Below are positions 49,975 through 61,800 of a stretch of DNA of 64,000 nt, piece by piece. The position numbers and the translations under genes are program-made. The notes below the pieces were generated by a model, which was not told the origin of the DNA, made no database searches, and was given only the letters and a program-made list of their open reading frames with translations. Positions within the stretch are counted from its first letter, which is position 1; each line of letters opens with the position of its first letter. The DNA comes from Prorocentrum cordatum (lineage: Eukaryota). The stretch lies in the NCBI GenBank assembly GCA_963575745.1, contig CAUYUJ010000169.1, positions 1 to 64,000 on the forward strand, read 5' to 3'.

Positions 49975-51172
49975 GTGTCATTCAAAACGAGTTCCCCACA
50001 CCCTCGATACCCGTTCTTCTGTCTTCGATCACGCCCCCGTTGGGGGAATTATTTCTCTCTGCGGGGGGCGGCGGGCTTAGACAGGTGGGCAAACCTGAAC
50101 GGGCGGACAATCCTTCGTGGGCGTACGCGTGCCCGCCATTGGAATTGGTGTGGGCCCTGCCAAAAAGAGGAGGGGGAGAACGAGGGAGAGTGGGAGGAAG
50201 GGGGGGGACGAAGTAAGAGGGAAAACGCCAGGAGAGAAGGAGCGAAGAGGAGGCGGTTGATTAGAGGCAGAGAGATATAGAAAGAGAGAGAGAGAGGAGA
50301 AAAAAGAGAGAGAGAGGGGAGAGAAAGAGAGAGAGAGAGAGAAAGAACAAGAAAGAGGGAGGGAGGAAGCAGGAGAGGGGAGGGAGAAGGGAGGAGGGAG
50401 AGGGGGGAGAGGGGATAGGGCAGAGAGGCATCAGGATGAGGGAAGACAGGAGAGAGAGAGAGAGAGAGAAGGGAGGAGAGGAGGGAGAAAGGAGGAGGGA
50501 GAGGGAGGAGGGGCAGGAACGTAAGAACGTGAACGTTCGAGGAAGTCCTAGGCGAAAGCGCCGCTCCTGAAGGAACCCCCCGGCGGGATCCCACGACGGG
50601 CGGGCGATCCCATGACGGGCGGGTCGGGCGGGTGGGACATTCAAGCGGGATGCTTGAGTATGGCGAGAGCGCGATTCCTACGTAAATTGTGACGGCGTCT
50701 TTGGCGCAGCGTGTTTCCTGAGCGTCGAAAGCGCGATTTCTCAATAAACTGCATGGCAACAGGCGAGAGCGCAACTCCTGAATAAAAGGGTTCTCTGGTG
50801 GGAGTGGGAGTCTTAATAAAATTACGAAGAAGTCCTGACTCAATTGCGAGGAAGTCTCAAGCGGGAGCGCCGTTCTTGAGTAAATTGTAAGGAAATCTCA
50901 GATGGGAGCGGGGGTCCTGACTAAATTGCGAGGAAGTCACAGGCGGGAACACCGATGTCTCAGGCGGGAGCGGGGGTCCTGAGTAAATTTGGAGGAAGTC
51001 TCCGGCGGGAGCCGTTGTTGTAATCCGGGGGGGCGAGGGGCCCAGTTTGAGCATCAATATTTTCCTTGTCAAAAACAGGGTGCGAGCGTCGACGGGCACA
51101 TGTTGATTTAGAAAAAAACAGTATGCACCGGTGGGGGGATCAACAACAATTATTCTGCAGAAATGAGAATTC

Positions 51173-51218
<46 letters not shown>

Positions 51219-53352
51219 GCAACAGCAACAACAACAACAACAGCAACAACAACAATCATTTTAAGACTGTTCGCTCTTACTCGCCCGCGCGCCATGCAAC
51301 GTGTATACCCACGCCCTCGATACCCGCCCCCTTCGTCTTCGAGCATACCCCCTTCTGGGGGGGATTTTTTCTTTTTGCGGGGGCGGGCGGGCTTAGACAA
51401 GCGGGCGTGAACGGGCGGAGAATTGTTCGGAGGATGGGGCACGCATCTCTTTGCCCACCATTGGAATTAGCGCGGGCCCTGCAATAAGAGGAAGGGGGAG
51501 AACGAGGGAGAGTGGGGGGAAGGGAAGGGGAGGGACGAGGCTAAAGGGGAACACGCCAGGAGAGAGGGGGCGAGGAGGGGGGGGGGGGACGATTGGAGAT
51601 AGAGAGACAGAAAGGGGAGGAAGGAGGAGGCTGGAAAGGGGAGGGCGAAGAGAGGAGGGAGGAGGGTTATGGGAGGAGGGTGAAGGGAGAGAGGAAGAGG
51701 GAGGAGGAGGGTGGATATGAGGGAGAGGGGAGGGAGGAGGGAGGTTGGATGGGGAGGAAGGGGCAGGAGGGTAAGAGTGTGAACGCTCGAGGAAGTCCTA
51801 GGCGAGGGCGTATTCCTCAAGGAAGAGTTGGCCGGGAGCGGGGGTCCCGAGTACATTGTCGGACGTCTCAGGCGGGAGCGCCTGTCGGGCGGGCGGACCC
51901 TGGCGGGCGGGTCGGGCGGGCGGGACATTCATACGGGATTTTTGTGTAAATTGCGAGGAGCGAGAGCGCGATTCCTAAGTAAATTGCGAGGGCGTCCTTG
52001 GCGCGAGCGTGGTTCCTGAGCGTCGAGAATGCGACGCTGCAATAAATTGCCAGGAAGTCCTAGGCGAGAGCGCCATTTCTGAATAAATTATGAGGAAGTC
52101 TCGGGCGGGAGCAGGGGTCCTGATTAAGGAAGTCTCAACCGGGAGCGCCGCTTCTGAGTAAAATGTGAGAAAGTCTAAAGCGGGAGCGCCCTTCCGGAAT
52201 AAATTGTGAGGAAGTCTCAGGCGGGAGCGGGGGTCCTGAGTAAATTGCGAGGAAGTCTCAGGCGGGAGCCGTTGTTGTTGTACTCCAGGGCCCAACAACG
52301 CAATCTGATCCGCAATGCTTTCCCTGTCAAAAAAAACAGGGTGCGAGCCCTGGAGGAAGCACTTCAATTGAAAAAACCAATGGGCACCGGACAGGGGGGA
52401 TCAACAATAATTATTCTTCAGAAATGAGAGTTCAACAACAACAGCAACAACCATTTTAAGGCTGTACGCTCTTACTTGCCCGCGAGTCATTCAACACGTA
52501 TACCCTACACCCTCGATGCCCGCCCTCTTCGTCTTCGATCACACCCCTTTCGGGGGGATTATTTATCTTCTGGGCCGGCGGCTTTAGACGTAGGGCAACA
52601 ACGGAACGGGCGGGACAAGACAATTTCCTTTTTTTTTTTGTTTTTTTTTCTTTTTTTTTTTTTTTTTTTTTTTTCTCTTTTTTTTTTCGGGGGCGTACAT
52701 CTCTCGGCCCGCCATTGGAATTGGCGCGGGCCTTGCAAGAGGAGGAGGGGAAGAACGAGGGAGAGTGGGAGGAAGGGGAGGGGGAAGGACGAAGGAAGAG
52801 GGAAGATACCACGTTGTGAAGGCGTCCTTGGCGCGCGCGTGGTTCCTGAGCGCCGAAACGCAATTCCAGAATAATTTGTGAGGACGTCTCACGCGAGAGC
52901 GCAGTCCTGAGTACATTGTGAGGAAATCTCAGGCGGAAGCGGGGGCCCTGACTAAGTTGCGAGGAAGTCTCAAGCGGGAGCGCCGTTCCTGAGCAAATTG
53001 CACGGAAGTCTCAGGCGGGAGCGGGGGTCCTCACTAAATTGCGAGGAAGTCTCAGGCGGGAGCGCCGTTCCTGAGTCAATCGCGCGGAAATGTCAGGCAG
53101 GAGCGGGGGTCCTGAGTAAAATCGCCGGGGGGGTGATTGATACATTGCGAGGAGTCTCAGGCGGGAGCGGGGGTCCTGAGTAAAAATCAAGGAAGTCTCA
53201 GGCGGGAGCCGTTGTTGTTGTAGCCCGGGGGGCAGGGGCACAGTTTGAGCAGGAAGACTTTCCTTGAGAAAAAGCAAGGTGCGAGCCCCGGGGGTGGCAC
53301 TTCAATCTAAAAAAATGAATGTGCACCGGTGGGGGGGATCAACAATAATTAT
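49975..53352. repeat. ~1.2-1.3-kb tandem repeat (about 2.7 copies) containing ~40-bp subunits CTGAGTAAATTGCGAGGAAGTCTCAGGCGGGAGCG
   Basis: Landmark GTCTTCGA.CA..CCCC at about 50021, 51335, 52531; GGGGGATCAACAA at about 51134, 52395, 53333. Confidence 0.85.
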
Positions 53353-53451
53353 TCACTGCGTGGGGATCCCCATATGTGCATATCCTTGCTGGCGCTCCCT
53401 TGGTGGTGGGACTCGGTGAGGACGAATCTGGATTTAAGTGTGACTGAGCTG

Positions 53452-53689
53452 CCTCTCTCTCTGCTCTCTCTGCTCTCTCTGTCTCTCTCTCTCTCTGCCC
53501 TCTCTCTGTCTCTGCCTCTCTTTCCCTGCCTCTCTCTCTCTCTGCCTCTCTCTCTGCCTCTGTCTCTCTGCTCTCTCTCTCTCTGCCTCTCTCTCTGTGC
53601 CTCTCTCTCTCTCTCTCTGCCTCTATCTCTGCCTCTCTCTCTCTCTCTCTCTCCTCTCTCTCTTCTCTCTATTATCTCTCTGCTCTCTC

Positions 53690-53720
<31 letters not shown>

Positions 53721-53870
53721 AGATCTGAGATACTCTATATTCCTTCCGTCTCTTTCTCTCTCTGTCTCTATTCTCTATCTCTCTCTATATTTCTCTCTCG
53801 CTCCATTCTCTCTCTCCTTCTCTCCCTCCTCCACTCAGCCCTCTCTCTCTTTCTCGCTCTCTCTCTCGCT

Positions 53871-53930
<60 letters not shown>
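53452..53930. repeat. (CT)n microsatellite, left flank of large element
   Basis: Visible; pure CT next to the element. Confidence 0.95.
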
Positions 53931-53933
<3 letters not shown>

Positions 53934-54071
53934 AGCACTCAGACCGCAGCCGCGACGCGAAGCGCCCCGCCTCGGAGTCAGTCTCCCAGGCCTCGCGAGA
54001 CCGGAGGGGTCCCAGCAGGACCCTACTGATTCGCGTCACCTCCTACCCCCCCCACCAGAGTGGCCGCCGCA

Positions 54072-56639
54072 ATGGCCCCCGCCAAGCCGGAGCGCCGCCG
54101 CTCTTCCAAGCAGCCGCCGAGCTCACGTCCTGCAGCTGAAGGGTCTCTCCTCCAACGCAAACAGGACTGCATTGCAGCTTTCAAGCAAGCGGGGTCTGAC
54201 CGCCCCACGGCCGCGTACAACGGGCTCGCCGAGCTGAACGCGGACGAGCTGCAGGCCACGTACGACATGCACAAGACCAACACAAAGAAGCTCGGCAGTG
54301 CCTTGATCCGCATGTGTGCCGCCAACCAGATCAGCTACACGCTGGAACACCACCAGCGCAGCAAGCCTAAGCGCATTGGTGGTGACACATCACACCCACC
54401 AGCTGCGTCCGCACGTCTTCAGGCTGCGGACGCCCAATTCATTGCCTTGGACCCGGCCTTCTGGAAGGTCCCAGTCCTGGCCGAACCCACCTCACTCGAT
54501 GACGGCAAGACGTACAAGCCCAGCATCAGCCTCCACGACTACGAGAGCGGTGAACGGCTGCTGCAGCACCATCTCGAGCAGGGTAAGCGTACCACGGGTC
54601 AGCTTGCGATTGCTGTCATGGGCCCCAAAAACGACAACTACGTCGGTACCGAGCTCGCCGTCCCCGTGCTGAAGCGTCACCCCAAGGCGCCCAAAGTGGT
54701 CCACACGCACGTCCCCGTGACCGTGTACCAGCTGGGCACCAAGGAAGTCGCCTGCACGGAAAAAGTAGCCGTCGCCACCATCGACCCTGCCGACCACGTA
54801 TGCTGGATTCGGGTGACCATACATGAAACCGAAGCCATCGCCGCAGTCCCCTCCAGGCATCAGGCCTTCGAGGATCAGTTTTCGGGAGGCGCCCCCGTGA
54901 ACGGTGGTCCACGCGCCAAGGGTCCTTTCCGAGGGGATTCCGCTCCACAGGACAAGGCGCGCCAAAACCAAAAGCACAGGGAGTCCAAGAAAGATGCTCG
55001 CCGCCAGGAGCTCGATAGTCAGCTCCAGGACACCTTCAAGGCCCTCTTCCACGGCAACTTTAAAGCCGTCACCATCCTCGAACCCTGCAAAAGCCTAGGC
55101 AGGTTTGGATCGGGCGTCGGAAAGAGGTCCCTGGCTGCCGCCTTCGGCGTCAGTCTTCAAGCGGTCGACAAGGTCTTGGCGGGTTCAGGGCAACTCGGCG
55201 CCACCTACGACCTCAGCAACGTAGGTGCAGACGAGCCCACTGCAGACAAGTACCAGACCGTGTGGTTCCCTGAGGACCAGCCCATCACGATGGCAGATGC
55301 GTTCCAGAAGTCGGTGGATTTCAAGGCCCTAGGAGTCGTCAGGCACGGCAAGTCAGGCTTTTTGGGGATCCGTGTTGCACGAGGGTCAGACGCCGCCAAG
55401 GCTGCTGCCGTCAGCATCCGCGGCTGTGAAGCCACCCTCGCCAAGACGCGATACCGCATTACTGGCATTGCGGCACGCCACGCCACGCTGACCCAGCTTG
55501 CTAAGACTCTCACAGGCCCGTCCGTCAAATGGGACTGTGAGGTCTACCACACCGCCTGGGACCCAGCCACTTCGGCTCAGTTTGCCTTAGTGCGCGCCCA
55601 TCGTCCCCCACCCACATATACGGTACAGGTCGCAGGGTGCCCCATCCCGTGGAGCATCACCGAGGCCCCGTTTGCTGAGGTGGTGCCGAAGAGGGACAAC
55701 GTTACCATTGTCACCCCTACCACTATCACAGAGCCTGCGACGCCGCCCGCCCGCGGTGGCGGCTTCAGCCCCGCCACGGGCACACTCCTAACCAAAGCGG
55801 CCCAGAGCCCCTACCTCCACGACCTCATGACTGCCACGCCCAAAGGCAAGGGCGTCGCACCGCTCCCGATCCCCAAGGAGGAGCCTCTAGCCAAGCGCCA
55901 CCGATCCTCCAGCGGGAAACGCGACGCCACGCCGCACGCAAGATCACACGGCGCCCCAGGCCGCAGCTCCTCTGCACCCCCGCACGGCACGGATGGAGCT
56001 GCCGAGCAGACGGCCGTCCAAGGACCAGGTGGGGACGGTCATGACCCGCAACCTGGCACGGTGGCGGCCGAAGGTGGGGGCCACACGGAAGGGCACGCTG
56101 ACGCAGCCGCCGAGGTACCAGGCGACGTCGAAATCCTATCATCAGAGGATGAATTCAGCGTGGCATCGCGCGAAGTGAACACCCTCGGCGAACGCTTCGC
56201 TATGGCCCCTAAACTGTCACATGCCGCTACGACCCGCATCCAACACATGGAACAACAGCACGAGCTGCTCGCCAACACGGTGGACAACATGCAGGTCCAG
56301 CTCGCGGGCGTTCTCTCATCCCAGGCCACACTCACGGAACACGTTTCAGGCTTGGAACGGGGGCTTGCCACCGTCGTCACTCAGCAACAGACGGCAACTA
56401 CCGGAGCTGCGGCACTGCGCGGCGACATCCAGGCCCTCCTCGGGCACCTCACGGGGGGTACCATCCACCTGCCCCAGGTGGCCACCCTCGAAACAAAAAA
56501 GGAGGAAGCTGCACCAGTTGCCGATCCCGTGGCGGTCTGCGGGTGGATCGACCAGCCAGGCCAGGTCACCCCAGGGACGGGGCCCCCAGGGGCTGACAAA
56601 GGCAAAGACAAGGGGCGGGTCACACAGGAACCCTATTGA
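54072..56639 (+). CDS. ORF1-like protein resembling those preceding RT in dinoflagellate LINE-type elements (855 aa)
   Basis: Intact intronless ORF; YQTVWFP..ALGVVRHG..LGIRV..YRITGI..W..LVRAHRPPP pattern recalled from such ORF1s; C-terminal coiled coil. Confidence 0.65.
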   Translation: MAPAKPERRRSSKQPPSSRPAAEGSLLQRKQDCIAAFKQAGSDRPTAAYNGLAELNADELQATYDMHKTNTKKLGSALIRMCAANQISYTLEHHQRSKPKRIGGDTSHPPAASARLQAADAQFIALDPAFWKVPVLAEPTSLDDGKTYKPSISLHDYESGERLLQHHLEQGKRTTGQLAIAVMGPKNDNYVGTELAVPVLKRHPKAPKVVHTHVPVTVYQLGTKEVACTEKVAVATIDPADHVCWIRVTIHETEAIAAVPSRHQAFEDQFSGGAPVNGGPRAKGPFRGDSAPQDKARQNQKHRESKKDARRQELDSQLQDTFKALFHGNFKAVTILEPCKSLGRFGSGVGKRSLAAAFGVSLQAVDKVLAGSGQLGATYDLSNVGADEPTADKYQTVWFPEDQPITMADAFQKSVDFKALGVVRHGKSGFLGIRVARGSDAAKAAAVSIRGCEATLAKTRYRITGIAARHATLTQLAKTLTGPSVKWDCEVYHTAWDPATSAQFALVRAHRPPPTYTVQVAGCPIPWSITEAPFAEVVPKRDNVTIVTPTTITEPATPPARGGGFSPATGTLLTKAAQSPYLHDLMTATPKGKGVAPLPIPKEEPLAKRHRSSSGKRDATPHARSHGAPGRSSSAPPHGTDGAAEQTAVQGPGGDGHDPQPGTVAAEGGGHTEGHADAAAEVPGDVEILSSEDEFSVASREVNTLGERFAMAPKLSHAATTRIQHMEQQHELLANTVDNMQVQLAGVLSSQATLTEHVSGLERGLATVVTQQQTATTGAAALRGDIQALLGHLTGGTIHLPQVATLETKKEEAAPVADPVAVCGWIDQPGQVTPGTGPPGADKGKDKGRVTQEPY

Positions 56640-56900
56640 AGGTGCCTCAGAGAGCCCGCCTCAGCCCTCCGAGGAAGCGCCTTCAGAGGCATCTCTTCTC
56701 ACTTCTCGTCGTGCCTCCTCCTTGCTATATCATGTCATTTTTGGCAGCAGCACGAGCAAGCTAGCTGGTGTAGGGACACCTGTCATCTTGCTGTGGGTGT
56801 GTTTGTTGCAATGTACATGAGCATGCAGGGGTACCTAAAGATGCGTGCTGACATGCAGCTTTTGGCTCATCGCTCGCGCCGCCCGCCAGGCCTCGCCATC

Positions 56901-58723
56901 ATGTGGCGCCTTGCCTGCAGCCTGGCCCTCCCCTCGCTCGCTGGAGCACACCCGTCTTCAGGAGGTGCGCCCCAGCATGGAGGTGAGTTTCTCCTGCGAC
57001 ACGCTGAACGTGGGACCCTTTTCTACCTCTACGATGACAGCATCTACAAGTACGATCACTGCACCATTTTGGACCCGATCGTGAACGGCACCGTTGCCGC
57101 GGGTCCGTGCGGCATAGGCCAGGCACACAGTGGCGGCTTCAGCCCCGCTGTTGTGCCCCGCTATCGCCCTACGGGTCTCACCACCCCCCTGTGCGCTAGG
57201 GGCGAACCCGAGGAGGACCCTGCTTTCTGGCACCTGATGATGATCCGCGCCCGGCTCATACCGTGTGCTGCGGCGTGGCACCAGGTGAGGACAACCAGGA
57301 CATGTTCTGGGCATGGCTCGAGGACTGCGTCCCGTACATCCTGGCGACGCTCCATCTGCCACAGTACGATCACCTCTTTCAGGAGGAGTCTGAGGACACA
57401 ACCGACGCCCTGCGTCAGCGCACCGCGGTCGACATGTGCGAGGACATCTGGCACAGAGCGGGCCCCGACAGGCGGCGCATCAACCGCAACCTCACTCGTA
57501 TCCAGAGCAGCCGCGAGTACGCCACCCGCTACTTTGGCTTCCTTCTGGAATACCAGGGCGCTCGTGCCACTCTCGTCGGCCCTGAGGCTTTCACGGCACC
57601 TTTGCCGCCATACCTCTCACGGGCCCATGCTCTGCTGCCAAGAGGCCTCCCTCCACCCGACCAAGACGCCATTGCGTACCTCGCCGACGTGATCCTGCAC
57701 CAACCGCCAGACATGCTGCCGCTCGTCGAGGCGGAGCTCGCCGCGGCGCCGATGGACGGCACCGATCAGGCCGCAGATGACCCTGTATCATGGCTGCTTC
57801 AGCACATCGCGGCCAGCGACATCGGCAACGCATCCATGGACTCGTTCCACGCGTCGGAAGATAGCCAGGACGGCATCGATACCCAGGATCGAGACGGCAC
57901 GATAGCACCAGGCAGCTCGGCCCAGAGTGACCGCAACAGTGAACCCTACTTTGGGCACACCTCGGGGCAAAGCAGTTCGCCCCACACCTCAGCTCAGGCC
58001 GACCCCAGCGCTCGGCTCAACGACGCTGAAGGCGTCACTGCCGCTGACGTGCCAAGCCATTACACTGCATCGCCAGCTCATGCCAGCCCGTGCAGTGGCG
58101 GCTTCAGCCCCGCTGCACCACTGGCTAGACCTGGACATCCCCAAACCGCAGGCGGCAGCACCACGCCCTTCACCTCCGTGCACCGCGACAGCGTGACTGA
58201 CTCCAACTCCAGTGCCACTGACCACGGGCAGGCCGACATCGACAACGATCCCATCGATGATGAGTACCCAGATGCCAGCGGTCCCCACGAGCCCCAGCAC
58301 AGCGCAGCGGCATCACGACACTGTGGCTGCCTCATCTGCCTCTTGGTGGCCACGTACGTCATCGCGATAGCAATGCCGTACAAGGACCAGATCGATGGGT
58401 ACTTGCCGACACCGAGCCGAGACCCCAGCTACAAACAACGACGACGACGCCAAGCGACGGCACCAGGCCCATCGGTGTCCACCACACCCCGACGCAAAAC
58501 GACATACAATGTCACGTCCACATTGAGGGCCACTCTCAAATGGACCAGCGTCAAACTCAGAGATAGCGTCTCGGGCGGAGCCACTGCAGTCGGGGTCGGC
58601 CTCGGGGGTGTCCTTAAATGGGCCAGCGGCAAGCTAGGGGCTATTGCCACGGGTGGAGTAGTGTGTGGTCTTCTACTCGTCGGTGCCAAACTTCTTGCCC
58701 AGGGAGCTGTCGGACACGTTTGA
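56901..58723 (+). CDS. ORF2: hypothetical, possibly membrane protein; one apparent frameshift near 57263
   Basis: MWRLACSLALPSLAGAH signal-like start, hydrophobic CLICLLVATYVIAIAM, Gly-rich hydrophobic C-terminus. Confidence 0.5.
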
Positions 58724-58822
58724 GCCCGCATCTGTGCGCGGGCCCTGGACTCATCCACTGCCCAGTGGTGCCTCCGCTGTTGCCAGCCGAGCAGGAGGCC
58801 GAGGGACGAGGTCACATACAAA

Positions 58823-61800
58823 ATGCCGTGCACGCTCGCCGACGAACACGACGACCAGCATGTGCACGCACTCCGACATCCGCTGCTACAGGAACACTAC
58901 GCCGCAGCAGTTGCCGCCGCAGTCGCCGACGTCACCACCGCCACCACCGCCGCCATCGTCGAAGTCACCGCCGCCGTATCGCGAGCCTCGTCTGTCACAC
59001 AAAGATCGACCAGCCCGACTCCACGAGACGGCTCCAAGAGCGGCGCCACATTCGGTAACCTACCGACTAACGAGGATGCCACAGCACACGGCAGCGACAC
59101 CGAGGCAAGGGAAACGCGTGAGCGCACCCATGATAGCCCGTGGTCTATCTTCCGACACGCTGACGCTCGTGGTTCATCCCCCGACGCGGACACCCACCCA
59201 CCACGACGGCGAGCACGCTATGCATCCCCCGACAGGCCCCAGGCGCCTTCAGGCCCTGGTATGCCTTACACTGCCCTCAAGCCACCGACACGCAACATAC
59301 GCAACACCATCCAGCGCGACCCTCGTCCTCCGAGAGGTAGGCGAGAGTAAGAGCCGAGAAGTCATAGCATTTCGAGTGAAGCTGGTCGAGGTGCGAGAAG
59401 TTCGTGTAAGATGAGTGAGTGTGTCGATTTGGGAAGAATGGAGAATAGGAGTCGATTTGGGAGAGAGTAGGTAACGAGGTTGGAAATTTGCGTAGCATTC
59501 GACTATGGGGGGAAGTGATCGAGGGTAAGTCAGCTAGCTGAGTGATTGCCCAGTAGCCGCCGAGGAGCATACTTAACGCCCTGTACCAAAACGGCTTTGC
59601 GCTAGGAAACAGTGGCGTGTCTACAGAGGACATCAACGACGCTCTACGACTCCACGACCATCCTCGATTCACTCATGATCCAACACTCCAAGCGCTGGGG
59701 CCGTGGACGGACATCATGCAGAGGCCACCGAACCGCCTCACTTGGTGCTGGAAGACTCGGGCGGGAACTCGGGCGAGACTATCTTCCCATACCTCACGTG
59801 GGACCTCCGCCAACCCATCTCCGACGCGCCCACTGTCTTCTGGCATGGGACCCGCGGCGACCTTGCGGCCCGTCTTGCTGCCAGTGGAGGGCACCTCTTG
59901 CCAGGCCCCCGCCGTGAAGCGAAGGGCCGAACTGGCCCCAACGTTGGCCGCACGTACGCGAGCGTGCACCCTTCGCTGGCCGCGTGGTACGCAATGCCGC
60001 CCCACCCGCCTTACAGTCTCGAAGATGACACCCTCGCGTGGGGACCCATCGCACTCTGGATGTGCGAGGCCACCCAACCACCGCGCGGGGAAAACAGGCA
60101 CAACGTTGTGAAAGGGGAGGCCCACGGAGCGCGTCTCATTTACCCTCGGGTCCTGAGCCTCCTCATCCGCATGGAATGGTGCGCCCCCACAGAAGCTGCT
60201 TCCAGGTGCCGTGCCCTACCACACGCCTATGGCATGGGCGACTGCGCGCACGCCCTTCACATCGCTGGCTACGATCATCCAGATCTCCGTGAGGCGGCTG
60301 AAGCTCACGACCAGGAGGCTAGCACCAGGCGCAGACCAGCCATCGCGGCAGCGTGGCCACCGCCGCAGGCACTATACTCGCCAGAGGCAGCGCGAGTATG
60401 GGCCAAACAGCACTACGACACGGAAGCAGCCACCAGGGATGACCCTAACCAGCCCCGCCCACGCGACTCGCTTCACATACTCCAGCTGGACCCGAAACCA
60501 CTCATCGACCTGGTGTACACTGGCTTGCAAGCTGTCCCCGTGCGGGGGCACCCTGACGCACGCGGGTCGCGCCCCAGCGGCTCCAGCCCTGGGGCCGCGT
60601 CGGGCCCTCCTCGCACGTACAAGTCAGGCACAGCCTTAGCGTACAGTCCAGACCGCTCATCGACGTCATCTGGAGTCGACGAACGCCGTACGCCTTCCCT
60701 CATCAGCGCGGCCGCCGCCCTCGCCCGAGGCCGTGCCCGTCCACGACGATCTGCCTCTCGCTCGTCACGACAGAGTGACGGGAACTCCACCTCAGACAAC
60801 CGCGGCATCGAGACGTGGGAGCACATTGTGACGGAGGAGGAGCCGACTGCCTACCACGTCCTCGCCTACCACGTTCGTGATGTGCGGTCCCGTGTCAACG
60901 CCCCTGGCATCGAGGTCTGGCTCGACCCTGGTGATCACCACGATGGCGCCTACTTACCGTGGGGGACGACAGTCATGGGCTACCGCGTCATTGACCCTAC
61001 GGTGGACGGGCGTGACGGCTGGGTCATCCTCCACCATGATCACGGCGACACCACTACTAGCTCTGGGCACCGACCCAAGTCCACGTTAAGGGGGACGACT
61101 CCTGGCGCACCGTCATGGTACCAGCGGATATGGGGCCCCAGTGGATCAGGTGCCATGCCGAGGACGCACGCCTCCCCGCCGAGGTTGTCCGCACTACAGG
61201 CCAATCCTGGTTTGCTGACGTCTGGCCCTTGTGGGATCGCCCGGGACCCCACCCAGACGACCCAGGCACAAACGAGCATGCGCTACCGCCTTTACCAGGA
61301 CGCTGGTCTTGCCTACAGTGTCGATTCCAATGCTGCCAATATTGCGCGGCTCGCCGCAACACACAGCTTGGCACCTCGGGCCAACCAACGTGCCCAGACT
61401 GCGTCCGCAGCGGACTGCGTACACTTATGGACTGGTCCACGGACTACTCGTGCAACAGTTGGACGTGTGCTTACAGCACCAACAACAGGGACTCCGACAC
61501 ATGCTGCCTGTCCAGCAGGTGCCCCCACCCCCCCAGGCCACACAACCTTCTCGACGTCCGTGCCACAGGGATGCCGCCGCACATCCTTGCCCGCCAATTC
61601 GGCAACGCGCCAGCCCTTCACGACCTCAAGGAACCCCCCCGAGCGCCTTCAGGCCCCGGGGGGGAACCTCCACAACCAGGGAAAGCAGGCTACCAGGGTC
61701 AATGGTACTTCCCACCGCAGCCGCGGCGCGTCCCCAGGCAGGGACTGCCTGACGGCACAAGGCGGCCACCTGGATTCACAGGAACGGGGATGCCCGAAGA

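Noticed and set aside
55756..55774. GGCTTCAGCC hairpins as IS200/IS605 or Fanzor ends
   Set aside because: No TnpA/TnpB-like ORF, and the motifs are internal to ORFs rather than terminal.
57020..57050. FYLYDDSIY as a reverse transcriptase YxDD motif
   Set aside because: Spacing is LYDD not YxDD, and no other RT motifs surround it.
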